This document shows, piece after piece, positions 42,120 through 59,654 of a stretch of DNA of 64,000 nucleotides. Position 1 is the first letter of the stretch, and each line of letters opens with the position of its first letter. The DNA comes from the human T2T-CHM13v2.0 reference genome, Homo sapiens. The stretch is from the NCBI RefSeq assembly GCF_009914755.1, contig NC_060929.1, one strand, 5' to 3'. The notes under the pieces are model-generated. The model was not told where the DNA came from. It did not search any database and saw only the letters and a program-made list of their open reading frames with translations. The position numbers were made by a program, and so were the translations under genes.

Positions 42120-42121
<2 letters not shown>
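41783..42121 (-). mobile_element. L1MA (MA2-like) 3' end, left part of host element, including AT-rich tail
   Basis: TATTTATGGGGTACATGAGATA...TTACAAACAATCCAATTATACTCTTTTAG; TSD ATCACTACACTTTT at 41769-41782. Confidence 0.85.
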
Positions 42122-42158
<37 letters not shown>

Positions 42159-42377
42159 TTTTTTCTTTTATTATTATACTTTAAGTTTTAGGGTACATGT
42201 GCACATTGTGCAGGTTAGTTACATATGTATACATGTGCCACGCTGGTGCGCTGCACCCACTAACTCGTCATCTAGCATTAGGTATATCTCCCAATGCTAT
42301 CTCTCCCCCCTCCCCCCACCCCACAACAGTCCCCAGAGTGTGATGTTCCCCTTCCTGTGTCCATGTGTTCTCATTGT

Positions 42378-46178
<3,801 letters not shown>

Positions 46179-46194
<16 letters not shown>

Positions 46195-46781
46195 ATGTTG
46201 GCCTGCCTTGATAGGTTGGGGAAATTCTCCTGGATAATATCCTGCATAGTGTTTTCCAACTTGGTTCCATTCTCCCCGTCACTTTCAGGTACACCAATCA
46301 GACGTAGATTTGGTCTTTTCACATAGTCCCATATTTCTTGGAGGCTTTGCTCATTTCTTTTTATTCTTTTTTCTCTAGACTTCCCTTCTCGCTTCATTTC
46401 ATTCATTTCATCTTCCATCACTGATACCCTTTCTTCCAGTTGATCGCATCGGCTCCTGAGGCTTCTGCATTCTTCACGTAGTTCTCGAGCCTTGGTTTTC
46501 AGCTCCATCAGCTCCTTTAAGCACTTCTCTGTATTGGTTATTCTAGTTATACATTCTTCTAAATTTTTTTCGAAGTTTTCAACTTCTTTGCCTTTGGTTT
46601 GGATGTCCTTCCGTAGCTCAGAGTAATTTGATCGTCTGAAGCCTTCTTCTCTCAGCTCGTCAAATTGGTCGTTCTCTGTCCAGCTTTGTTCCATTGCTGG
46701 TGAGGAACTGTGTTCCTTTGGAGGAGGAGAGTTGCTCTGCTTTTTAGAGTTTCCAGTTTTTCTGTTCTGTTTTTTCCCCAT
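46179..46781 (-). pseudogene. L1 ORF1p truncated to 200 aa
   Basis: MGKKQNRKTGNSK...coiled coil...YVKRPNLRLIGVPE...ENFPNL then IQIHP* at the deletion junction. Confidence 0.95.
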
Positions 46782-47677
46782 CTTTGTGGTTTTATCTACT
46801 TTTGGTCTTCGATGACGGTGATGTACAGATGGGTTTTTGGTGTGAATGTCCTTTCTGTTTGTTCATTTTCCTTCTAACAGACAGGACCCTCAGCTGCAGG
46901 TCTGTTGGAGTACCCGGCCGTGTGAGGTGTCAGTCTGCCCCTGCTGGGGGGTGCCTCCCAGTTAGGCTGCTCGGGGGTCAGGGGTCAGGGACCCAGTTGA
47001 GGAGGCAGTCTGCCCATTCTCAGATCTCCAGCTGCATGCTGGGAGAACCACTGCTCTCTTCAAAGCTGTCAGACAGGGACATTTAAGTCTGCAGAGGTTA
47101 CTGCTGTCTTTTTGTTTGTCTGTGCCCTGCCCCCAGAGGTGGAGCCTACAGAGGCAGGCAGGCCTCCTTGAGCTGTGGTGGGCTCCACCCAGTTGGAGCT
47201 TCCTGGCTGCTTTGTTTGCCTAAGCAAGCCTGGGCAATGGCGGGTGCCCCTCCCCCAGCCTGGCTGCTGCCTTGCAGTTTGATCTCAGACTGCTGCGCTA
47301 GCAATCAGCGAGACTCCGTGGGTGTAGGACCCTCCGAGCCAGGTGCGGGATATAATCTCGTGGTGCGCCGTTTTTTAAGCCCATCGGAAAAGCGCAGTAT
47401 TCGGGTGGGAGTGACCCGATTTTCCAGGTGCCATCCGTCACCCCTTTCTTTGACTAGGAAAGGGAACTCCCTGACCCCTTGCGCTTCCCGAGTGAGGCAA
47501 TGCCTCACCCTGCTTCGGCTGGCGCATTGTGCGCGCACCCACTGACCTGCGCCCACTGTCTGGCACTCCCTAGTGAGATGAACCCGGTACCTCAAATGGA
47601 AATGCAGAAATCACCCGTCTTCTGCGTCACTCACGCTGGGAGCTGTAGACTGGAGCTGTTCGTATTCGGCCATCTTC
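46782..47677 (-). promoter_or_regulatory. L1 5'UTR with sense and antisense promoters
   Basis: CpG-containing 5'UTR; YY1 core AAGATGGCC at the extreme 5' end (47668-47676). Confidence 0.85.
47237..47545 (+). CDS. L1 antisense ORF0, open, 102 aa
   Basis: MAGAPPPAWLLPCSLISDCCASNQRDSVGVGPSEPG... matches primate ORF0; expression unknown. Confidence 0.6.
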   Translation: MAGAPPPAWLLPCSLISDCCASNQRDSVGVGPSEPGAGYNLVVRRFLSPSEKRSIRVGVTRFSRCHPSPLSLTRKGNSLTPCASRVRQCLTLLRLAHCARTH

Positions 47678-48286
47678 CCAACTACTTTTTATACCCATTG
47701 ACCTTCATCACATCTCCCCCAGACCCCTACTAACCTTCCCAGCCTCTGGTAACCATTCTTCTACTCTCTATCTCCATGAGTTCAATTGTTTTAATTTTTA
47801 GCTCCACCAAGTAAACGAGAACATAAAAATCTTGTCTTTCTGTGCCTTGCTTATTTCACTTAACAAAATGACCTCCAGTCCCATCTGTGTTGTTGCAAAT
47901 GACAGGATCTCTTTCCTTTTTATGGCTGAATAGTACTCCGTTGTGTATAAGTACCACATTTTCTTTATCCATTTGTATGTTGATGGACCCTTAGGTTGCT
48001 TCCAAATCTTGGCTATTGTGAAGAGTGCTGCAACAAACACAGGAGTGTAGATATCTCTTCAATATACTGATTTCCTTTCCTTTAGGTATATACCCAGTAG
48101 TCGGATTGCTGGATCATATGGTAGCTCTACTTTTAGTTTTTTTGAGGAAACTCCAGACTGTTTTCCATCGTGGTTGTACTAATTTACATTCTCACACGCA
48201 GTGTACGATGATTCCCATTTCTCCACATCCTTGCCAGCATTTGTTACTGCCTATATTTTGGATAACAGCCATTGTAACTGGGGCTT
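47678..48286 (-). mobile_element. L1MA (MA2-like), right part of host element, 5'-truncated
   Basis: CCCTTCCCAGCCTCTGGTAACCATTCTTCTACTCTC; ORF2 C-terminal peptide [17 protein letters not shown]; TSD ATCACTACACTTTT at 48287-48300. Confidence 0.9.
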
Positions 48287-49737
48287 ATCACTACACTTTT
48301 CAATGATGTGTCTGGGTTTCAGAGGACTAACCATTGCAGGCTAGGCTGGGTGTTGGTTATTTTGAAGCTGAGTTTCTTTTCAAAGAACTCTGTACTAGTT
48401 GTTGTATGTTACGTTGTTTGGTCCAGAGAGTTCATACAGGTCTTGGAGCTGGAGATCATGTGGTAAATAATGCAAAGTAGAAAGTTAACCCACTGATTAA
48501 TCACAATCCTGTGAACCTGAATGGAGTGAGTCATGGTCAGTCAACTAGGTAGAATTGGTCTTCTACTCTTCTCTAGATGAAAGACAACCACCATTCAGGA
48601 TCTTCAGGCTATACAAACAAACAAACAAACAAACAAACAAACCCCCAAAAACAAGAAATAGAAAAAGAAAAAAATGATTAAAAAGTTTAGAACTGATTCC
48701 TGATTTAAAGCATTGTGACTCAACATAATCTTATTTATAAATTCATTCAATAATAAACACCTGTTAAATCATAAAGACTTAAACAGAAAGAATTCTAGGA
48801 GTTATTATTTGTAACAAGTTGCAAGTGTATAAACACATCCTTAGTGTAACAATTTGTTAGACCGTATGAAATCCCTCATCAATTTACCTTTTCTCAAACA
48901 GGTGTGTTTGGTCTTAACAGGGAGGTTTTCCATACATAGGTTTTTATGGTGAGTTTTTAGTAGGTTATCACCTTCTACTGCTCCATCTTTGCTTTTTATC
49001 TTTTGTCTTTGTATTTTACTTATTTTCTGAGTCTCTATATGAAATAATTATTTAAAATTTACAGTATGTCTTTTTCTTTAAAGAGAGAAGAGAAAGAAAG
49101 AGAACTCCTTGAACTTGAAAACAGACCATCAATGGTGAGTACTTGCCCAATATTCAGAAATATCATCAAAGTGTTATCTCATGATGGATCCTAACCATAT
49201 AAAATATTTCTACTAATAGCCTCAGTCAAATTAACGTAAAAACTGGGAATGGCGTTTTTGGCAGTTTTTGACAGTTGAATAGTCTCAAATATTGCAAGAC
49301 ACATGAAGTTTAATATCAGTGAGATCTTTCTCACATTCTGTATCTTGGAAGTTTGGGTGAGAATTGTATTAAGGATGTTTATGAAGCCAAAAAAGTAGAC
49401 ATATGTGGAAAGAGAGTTTTGAGGTCTAATTTATCTCAGATGAATACATTCTAATACTTCCTGAGACTTAGGTGAGAATCAAAAATCAAAAAAAATCCTG
49501 ATATGAAGCAATGATCTATTGAACATGTTCTCAGGTTCTAATTACCCTCCACAGGAGGCTAAACTTTTCCCCAGTGATATGAAGTGTTCCTTAGAAAACT
49601 TCTTTTAAATCTTCATAATCACTGATGGAAACAGAAATTGTATCAACATGGAATAAGAGACATGCTTTCTCCGGTACTGTTAATCTAGAGGAGACCTGCT
49701 CAACCTTTACTTAGATATTGAAGAGGATTTGTTTGTA

Positions 49738-49840
49738 TTAGGTTGGTGCAAAAGTAATTGCAATTTTTGCCATTAAAAGTAATGGCAAAATGCTAATAAA
49801 AGTAATGACAAAAATCACAATTACTTTTGCAGCAATATAA
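49738..49840. mobile_element. MADE1 (Hsmar1-derived MITE) with internal 23-bp duplication
   Basis: TTAGGTTGGTGCAAAAGTAATTGC...CAATTACTTTTGCAGCAATATAA; TA on both flanks. Confidence 0.92.
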
Positions 49841-50509
49841 TAAAATGTCTTTATCCTCAGACTATACTCATTTGTTTGAAGAGAGGTAACATCACTTAGT
49901 TATTAGATACAATACATCTGATTTCCAGTCCCAACTCTACCTCTAGCAAACTCTTTGACCTTGTCCAGGAAAATGACACTTAAACCTTGTTGCTAGCAAT
50001 GGACTCTGTGACCTTGGGCAAATCACTTAGTCACTATGTCTCTATTAATCTCTCTCTAAAGTAGACTCCTCTTTGCTCTCTTCCTTATGGGGATGTTATG
50101 AGCATCAGGGAGATAATATTGGTAAATTGCTTTGAGTTCCTAAGAAGAAAAGCACACTTCAAATAGAAGCACCATTATATTGTTGTGCAATCATGTTATA
50201 TCTTCTTTTCCTTCAATTATCCCTTCTGCTGTTATGTTTACTTCAACAGTTAGGTGTGTCTATTTTAACTAGGCAAACTAATACTTACCTGTTATGCTTT
50301 TCCCTATTCCTGTTACTTATCCTATTTTGCATATTTTCCCAAGTTAATTTTTTGGGAGAATAATCTATAAATGAGTTAATCATCTTGACCATGAGAATAT
50401 ACTTTTCAGAAAGACAACTGCACTAGAATATATAGATTCGGTGACAATAGAACAACAACCAGCAGCTTCTAGTATTTTCAAATTACTATGTCCAATAAAA
50501 ATAATAATT

Positions 50510-50700
50510 AATGATGTATGTTTAAAGCGTACCTTTCATCTGATCATCTCAAAGTATTTTAGAAACTCTAATTAAACTCCAGAACACCCCTTTGCTAAAC
50601 ATATTATTATTTCCATGTTGCCAGTGAAGAAACTGAGGCTCAACAAGGTTATGGGACTAGCACAGGGACACAAAATGAGTCAGTGTCAGGAAGGGGACTT
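50510..50700 (-). mobile_element. MIR relic
   Basis: CAGTGAAGAAACTGAGGCTCAACAAGGTTA. Confidence 0.7.
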
Positions 50701-51544
50701 AGTGTTTTTAAGGCCTGTTCAAAAGTTTTCCACCTTGAGCTAATTAGTGCTTTATAGTTTCAAGGATAGAGGGTATCAGGTTACCAGGTAACAACCACTG
50801 ACTCCCAAAATTCAGATGTAGCATTGCAGTGCTTAGGTGATCTGATGCTTCCCTTTTCCCAACCTATTTCTGTTCTTAACTCTTGGGAGGTTTTTTAGCT
50901 TCTCAAGCTCATCCACCAATGGACGAGTACAGCTAGGCATATATAGGCTATAAAGCTCCAATCAGTTGTTATAATAACTCTTGTCTAGCAAAAGTACAGA
51001 GTGGGAACAAATGTTGAAAGTCAGCACTAAGGTGATGCCAATGAATTACCTGTAGATTTTCATATCCTGCTCTGCTCCATGCTATGTTGTAGCAGAAGTT
51101 TTACGAGGCTAAATAGCATCTTATCGCTAGAAAAATAACAGTCTGTAATGCTGATTTAATTCGCTCTGAATCAGAAGAATTAGAAATTGACTACCTGCCA
51201 CTAATAACCTAAATCCTATGAACTGGCTCCAAGGATTGAGATACAGTTCACAGTCTTAGGTAAGCCATACCTCTTTTTCAGTTTAAGTGGTTCAGCCTCA
51301 CTTCACACCTGTGTCTTCAGGTTAATTTGAGGAATTTCGAAGATTTTAGCTCAAATGACTTTGCCTACAATATTTTTCTCCTTATGGATAAGTTTACAAA
51401 ATTTTTCTTGTCTAATCTATGGAATCATTTCATAAAATCCTCTTCAGGGACTGAAAAGTATTAACCTAAGGATAGGAATTTATCTTTGTGGTCAGAACTG
51501 TGCCATAAGTAGGAAATCCTAGTGATTGCCCAGATGTGGAAGGC

Positions 51545-51775
51545 AAAATGGCTCAATAGTGAAGAGCTCTAGTTTGGAGTCAGATTTAATCTGGCTAAGT
51601 TTCTTATTAGCTGCAAGAAGATCACTTACAATCTTTGAGTTTGTTTTATTATTTGTTAAATGGAAATAATATTCCTATAGCCTGCGCTCGTTGTGCAGGT
51701 GAATTGAGTTGTTATAGGAAAATTTTGAACGTGACACCTGGCATGTAGTAGGTATTCAGTAAATGGTAGCTCTTA
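51545..51775 (+). mobile_element. MIR relic
   Basis: TTTGGAGTCAGA...AAATGGAAATAAT...CCTGGCATGTAGTAGGTATTCAGTAAATG. Confidence 0.75.
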
Positions 51776-53260
51776 GTATTAATATTAATTTTAATTATTC
51801 TCTGAATTTGCCAAGGAAAAGAGCCTAATAAGTATGGAAGCTTGAAAAGGGTAAAAGACAGAGTATGTCCAAAATAAAATAGTTACTAAGCTGAATCCTT
51901 TGCTATTTGTGACTAGGGAAACAAAGTAAAAAAGGATCAAGTGTGTGACCAGATGGCTCTTGGTAACTGAAGCAGGAATGGATAGCATATTAATTACAGG
52001 AAAAAGCAGGATATACAGATTGGCACAGAGTATTATCATGTTCTTTCTCTAACAAAAAATGTGATTGTTACATTCATATATTACAATGGAAAATTGTTCT
52101 TTCAAGTCCAACTTTTCTTGTGATGTTTTCCAGGGAATTGCATTTGACTAATGCCCTAAAGCATTTAACACCATTTTCAAAGAAGTTTTCAAAATGTTTG
52201 TGAAAATAATAAGACCAAACTTAAAGCTAATGTAAAATAAAATAAGCCATTCCAGATGTGGCGGAGAGGGAAATACAAGTAACTTTTTGCTTAAAAAAAA
52301 AGACTGATTCATAAAACACCCATTTGCCATTTAGATGTAAGAAGTATTTGGGAGGGAGCGGAGAAGATAGTTTCCTTTTGGTCAAAGGAGAGAAGATGCT
52401 TAGGAGACATGAAGTTATTTTCTCCTTTCCTAACTTTGCATGAAGATCCATAGAATCTGAATGAAATCCATATGACAGGAAATCTCACGGAAATTCATAA
52501 TCAGGACTCCAGGATAATTCATAAAAATAAAATTTGTGATAGTCCAAAGACCCAGAGTACTAACTTATCAATATGTAGTCTGTAGCTCAGATAAAAATCT
52601 TTATTTTCAGATGATTATTCATCCTGATTTATTAGTCTGTTTTTTCAGTGTTTGCCTGCTTACTGCAATTCAATACTGCTACTACTACCTTCAGATGGAT
52701 CACTGGAGAATTTTAACTTTTTTTCATTAATTTTATAGGTGATTTATCCTAGGGTTACCTCTTAATTGATTTTCCTATCTCTAATTTATTTCTAATTCAA
52801 TCTATTCTCCATATTTGCTGACAAACTGATCAAAAACAAAAACCCCAAAATATGACTATGTCACTGCTAAGATTAAAATCTTCAGTGTCTCCTCATATCT
52901 TCAAAAAAAAAAAAAAAAAAAGAAAGAGAGAAAAAAACCCCAAAGTTTTAAACTGATTAGAATGACATTCCTATCACTTTGAAATAAGGACCAAACATAG
53001 TTTTCAAATTTTGTCATGGATCACTCCCTCACTTAAAAACATTATCTTTTTCATGCCATTCAAACAGTCAACATTAATATCAGTGTGGCAAAACCAAACC
53101 AGTCTGGTGGTTATTAAAGAGAAAAATCTTTGTGGCACCCCAGCTTCTAGAATATAACAAGAAAAGGGCCACTAAGGACAAAAATCAAACCCATATTCCA
53201 CACAAGTTGATGATAATAGGCAAAAAGATGAGGAAGTTTATGTGGTAGGTTAAAAATTTA

Positions 53261-53601
<341 letters not shown>

Positions 53602-53744
53602 CTTTATTGTTATTACTATGATACTAATTGATTTTTGTTCTATTAGCTAGTCTCAGTAGGATACAAGCTTGAAAGCAGCTTTATGTTTTCTCACCGCTCC
53701 TTGATGTAGACTATGTAAAACCGTTTTTTCCCACCCCAGGCTAA

Positions 53745-54082
<338 letters not shown>

Positions 54083-54205
54083 CCCAGTCACTCTTAAATA
54101 ATAAAAAGACTCCCATTACTTTAAAGAATTAAAGAGTTGAGACCAGTTTAAAAGCAACTCTTCGCCATGGAGCTGTCCTCTCTTCTAATATTATAGAAAT
54201 GGTCT

Positions 54206-54540
<335 letters not shown>

Positions 54541-55503
54541 CTATCAGCTCATTGTAGACTTTGTGAATACATGGTATCTACTGTTTTTTTGGTTTCGTTT
54601 TGTTTTGTTTTTAATCTTGGTTTTTGCATCTGTGCCAAAATGGAGGCATGGAGGCATCAGAAAGAGCAATGAGCTCATAGGGAGAAGGTAAGCGAGGCAA
54701 GTGCAGTTGTTATCTGTCTTTCTGCCCCATGGATAATAAACTCATTGCTGGCTCCTCCTCTTGGGGGATGCAACTGTGGGATTTTTGGAGTTCCTCTGCT
54801 GAGATTTCAGACTGCAGTAAACTTATAAAGGGGGACTAATTCTCACTTGCTGGTCACTTAAAACAGTCTACCTCATTCCTGAGGCTTCTTAAGGGGTACT
54901 TCACTATGGGGCACAGTGTGACCCATATGTTCCTCTTTGGAATGGTCCTATTTGAGTGAGTTGGAGTAGCTTTTTTTTTTTTTCCCCTCCACAGGATCTA
55001 CATCTAGAACCAGGGAAATAAACCCCTTTACCATTTCCTTGGGGGAGAAACATTTCATTTTCCACACAGCTCCCTTCTTTGTTCTACCAGCTCCATCCAG
55101 ACTTTCACCTTTCAACTTTTTCTAACATCTGTCAAACACCAGTCCCTTTCACCCCCTGATTTCTGAAGACGCATGTCAAGCTCTCTCATTAATCTCTTTT
55201 AAACCTGTTATTTGCGGTTTGAAGTCAGGCTGAAGCTCCTCCCTACCTTTATTTGAGAGGAAGTAAAATAGCCAACAACTTTTTCCACAGATATTTTCTC
55301 TCTTATTTTTTTCAACCTCAGCCTTTTATGTGGGCGGAGTGGTGATCACCTAATTCTCGCAGACCTGGCTGGGGGCTGTCTTCTCCTCTAATCTTACAAA
55401 AATGGTCTAGCAGCTCGGTCTAGACTTTGTGAATACGTGGTATCTACTGTTTTTTTCTTGGTTTTTGCATCTGTGCCAAAATTCCAGAGCAACAGAAAGA
55501 GTT

Positions 55504-55506
55504 TTC

Positions 55507-55540
<34 letters not shown>

Positions 55541-55829
55541 CTTTTGAGACAGGGTCTCACTCTTTTGCCCGGGCTGGAGTACAATGGTGTGATCTTGGCT
55601 CACTGCAACCTCAACCTCCAGGGCTCAGGTAATCCTCCCACCACAGCTTCTCAGGTAGCTAGGATTACAGGCACACACCATCATGCCTGGCTAATTTTTT
55701 TGTATTTTTTCTAGAGATGGGGTTTCACCATGTTGCCTAGGCTGGCCTCAAATTCCTGGGCTCAAGTGATCCTTCTGCTTCAGCCTCCCAAAGTGCTAGG
55801 ATTATAGGCATGAGCCACCACCTCCAGCT
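55504..55829 (-). mobile_element. AluJ-like
   Basis: GAGACAGGGTCTCAC...CCTGGGCTCAAGTGATCC; TSD AGAAAGAGTT. Confidence 0.92.
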
Positions 55830-56539
55830 AAGAAAGAGTTCTTTTTGAAATTCTGTGACACTGGTGGATGCTGCAGCACCTCTGAATGCCTATGCCTCTG
55901 CTCCCTCTCATGGGCCCTGACTTCCATGCCTGATACATGCTAGGTGTGCTGTGTATTTTCAGGCCTGTGTTAGCTGTTTAAGCCATTCTTTCTGTCTAGA
56001 ATGCGCTTCCCATCCTCGAAAAAGCTTCTCTCTAATACTTAGCTCAAATATTATCTTTTTTGTACAAGCTTGCTAAACTCCCTTGGGGAGAAGGAATACT
56101 TATCCCAGCTGTGCTTACCCAATATTTAGGAATTAATAATGAAAATCTCAGGTTTCAGAGTAAGACAGACCATTTAGGTTTCAATTGGAGCTCAGCATGT
56201 TAGCAGTTCTGTGTGACCTCAAAAAAGTTCCTTAATTTTTCAGTCTATTCATTTTAAAAAAATGAAGGAAAACTAACCTCTTATTATTTGAGGTTGTATA
56301 CATATTAAATGAAATAATTTCTATAAGGTACAGAGTACAATATCTTAATATAGTCATTACTCAATATGATAGGTAAGTACTTAATACGATAGTTGACTAT
56401 TACTACTACTAATGGTGCTTGTACTACAACTACTTTTAGTTCTCGTGTTCTATTGCTATCACCTAAGAAATAATTAAACACAAATGCAACAAAAGGAAGT
56501 CTATTTCTACTTGTCTTAGCTTTTTATTCATTGCCACTT

Positions 56540-56765
56540 GCCAGCCACTAGCCTACATTCTTTATATATGTTATGCAATTTTGTTCTCTCAACTTCCCTA
56601 TGAGGTAAGTATAATTATCTCTTTTTGACAGATGAGGAAATTAAAGTTCAGAGGAATGAAGTAACTTGTCCAAGTTCCCACAGCTAGCAAGGTGCAGAAC
56701 CGGAAATCAAAATCTAGGCCTGCCTCCTATCGAAGCTCGTGCTGGTAACAACCACACTGCACAGG
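56540..56765 (-). mobile_element. MIR relic
   Basis: ACAGATGAGGAAATTAAAGTTCAGAG...GTAACTTGTCCAAG...CACAGCTAG. Confidence 0.8.
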
Positions 56766-57414
56766 AGAGTCCACAGGCTCTTACTGCATATTTGCTCGAT
56801 GTCCAGCTTTCACGAAATAGCATCACCTACTCTAGTGTTTCTGTGCCTGTTAATTCCAGCACAACTATAACTCCAATGTGCTTTTATTCTAAAAAAATTC
56901 CCTGATGTAAATATCATTCAAAATTTCCATGAGTTTCCTTTAAGTGTGGAGTAGGATAATCTTCGCAAGCCTTTTTGGTTTTAGGCTGAGAATTCCCTGA
57001 AAGAGCATCTTTATTTTCCTCTTCCTGAAAGTTTTTACATTAACCACCTGGCCATCCATCAAATCAACTCTTCCTCACAGTACTTGAAATTTAAAATGAA
57101 GAGCTTGGGCCCAGCCAGGCTATTGCTGTGAAATTGTGTCATGCTCACTTAATATGTATGGTGCATTCTCCCAGGAAGCCTGGAGTGCAAAGTGTTATTA
57201 ATTTTCAGCCAGTGTCCCAGTTTTGTCACTGGCATAGCATTTTCTCCTTCTCTGTGAAAGGTACTAAATTTCAAGTGCAAATGCTGAGCTGGAACGTGTG
57301 AGGCAGATGACACCAGATGATCCATTTCCCCCATTCCTGGAATAGTACAATCCTACTACCTGTTTGCCTCCCACTGAGGCCCCAGACTCATCAGGGTACT
57401 TCTAAGTGATGTAG

Positions 57415-57750
<336 letters not shown>

Positions 57751-58456
57751 GCTGCTGTTTCTTCACAGACCTGCAAGTTGTACTTTGATGCCAATCTTTT
57801 CTTTAGCCAGAATGCTGCTTACTACCAGTCCCAAAGATTGCAGTTCAATTTAATTTCAGGTAAAGAAAAACAAAACAAACAAACAAAAAAACAAGAATAT
57901 CTTCTCTCTCCATCATGTGGATCAATTTAGAGACTCAGAGAAATAATAAATGGTTCAGCTGACTTCCCACCAGAATTTTTATTAATATGTATTGGCCAGT
58001 TTCAAAAGAAACAAGGTGCAGGGGCTGGCTTATTGGTTGGTAACTCAGAGATGTACCAACTTAAAAGCCACAGAAGCTATATGTTTCCTGAAAATAATAT
58101 TTGTATGCAATACCTCCATGACTAAAAACCCTACTGATAGTTTATTTTTCTTTTCAATTCGGGGTGGGGTAGGTGTGGGTATAGGGTATAGGTTGTTGCA
58201 TGTTGTCCCCATTCATCCTTTATGAAAGACACAGGTGATACAGTGCCTTTACCTTACAGCTTCTTCAGTTCTCCAGGCCATCCTCTTCATTTTCTGCTTC
58301 ATGTACTTCAGCACAGGCAGGTGCTTCTTTAGCTCGTTACATACTAATTATCTATTTACTGCTCTATGTCCTCACCTGACCTGTGTCTCCTTAAGGGCAG
58401 GGACTGTGCCCTACACTTAGCCTTCCCAACACCTGATAGGTGTTCATTATCATATT

Positions 58457-58763
<307 letters not shown>

Positions 58764-59429
58764 TATTATCATATTAATATATCCTTTCATAAAGTAATTT
58801 GAACTTTACAGCTGTATCTTTATCAATATTACGTTGCAACAGTTTATAGTGTTGCCATACAGTTTAGTGTATTTCAGTTACTAAAATGCTTGGACTCAAA
58901 AAGAAATAAAATGTCAACATAAAAATAAAATGTGATCCACCAATTTATTCATTTGTTATTACTGATATTGAATAGTAAAGATAATCATACATGCAGATGT
59001 TGTCTTTGGCTGTTCTGCCTCTCCATTTTTCTCCTATGAATGTGGAATAGCAATAATTATTCCTCAAAATTTAGGTAGTGAATAATGAGTGAAATTATAT
59101 TAAATTCTTTGAGTTCTTAATCTGGCATTGAGTTTTTTCCATTCTGCAAACCATCACACATACTAATCATGGAGTGGAGTGAGAGGTCTCAGTAAGTGGG
59201 GTCCTCAAGTGGGAAGGCAGGGTAATTAACTCTTATGAAGGCAGAGGCCACATCACCTTTGTTCAAGAGGTGATGTGGCAATAACAATAGCTCTTTACCT
59301 TAGAGAAACAGTCCTTGCATGATTTAGCTCCAAATATTCTTTCAGGAGGATCCTCTTCTGAGGATTAGTTTAATTTATTGTCAGTGCTGTTCAGGAAGCC
59401 TTTTCAAATCCACAGCTTAGACTTCCCTG

Positions 59430-59653
59430 CCACATATACACACAGGCACACACAAATATACAGACACATATATGCAAATATTTATATGCACACACAAGCA
59501 CATACATACATACTCAAACACATAAACCACTTTCACTAATACATGCGTATATATACACACACATACATAGGCACATACATATATAATTACTCAAATACAC
59601 AAAATGTGCAAATATGAACATACACAGCACACACACGCGGACATGCATCTACA
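59430..59653. repeat. CA/TA-rich degenerate simple repeat (resumes at 60010-60075)
   Basis: CACA/TACA/TATA units seen directly on both sides of the MLT1A. Confidence 0.8.
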
Positions 59654-59654
59654 T

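Noticed and set aside
47230-47670. CpG island / host gene promoter
   Set aside because: The CpG density is fully explained by the L1 5'UTR
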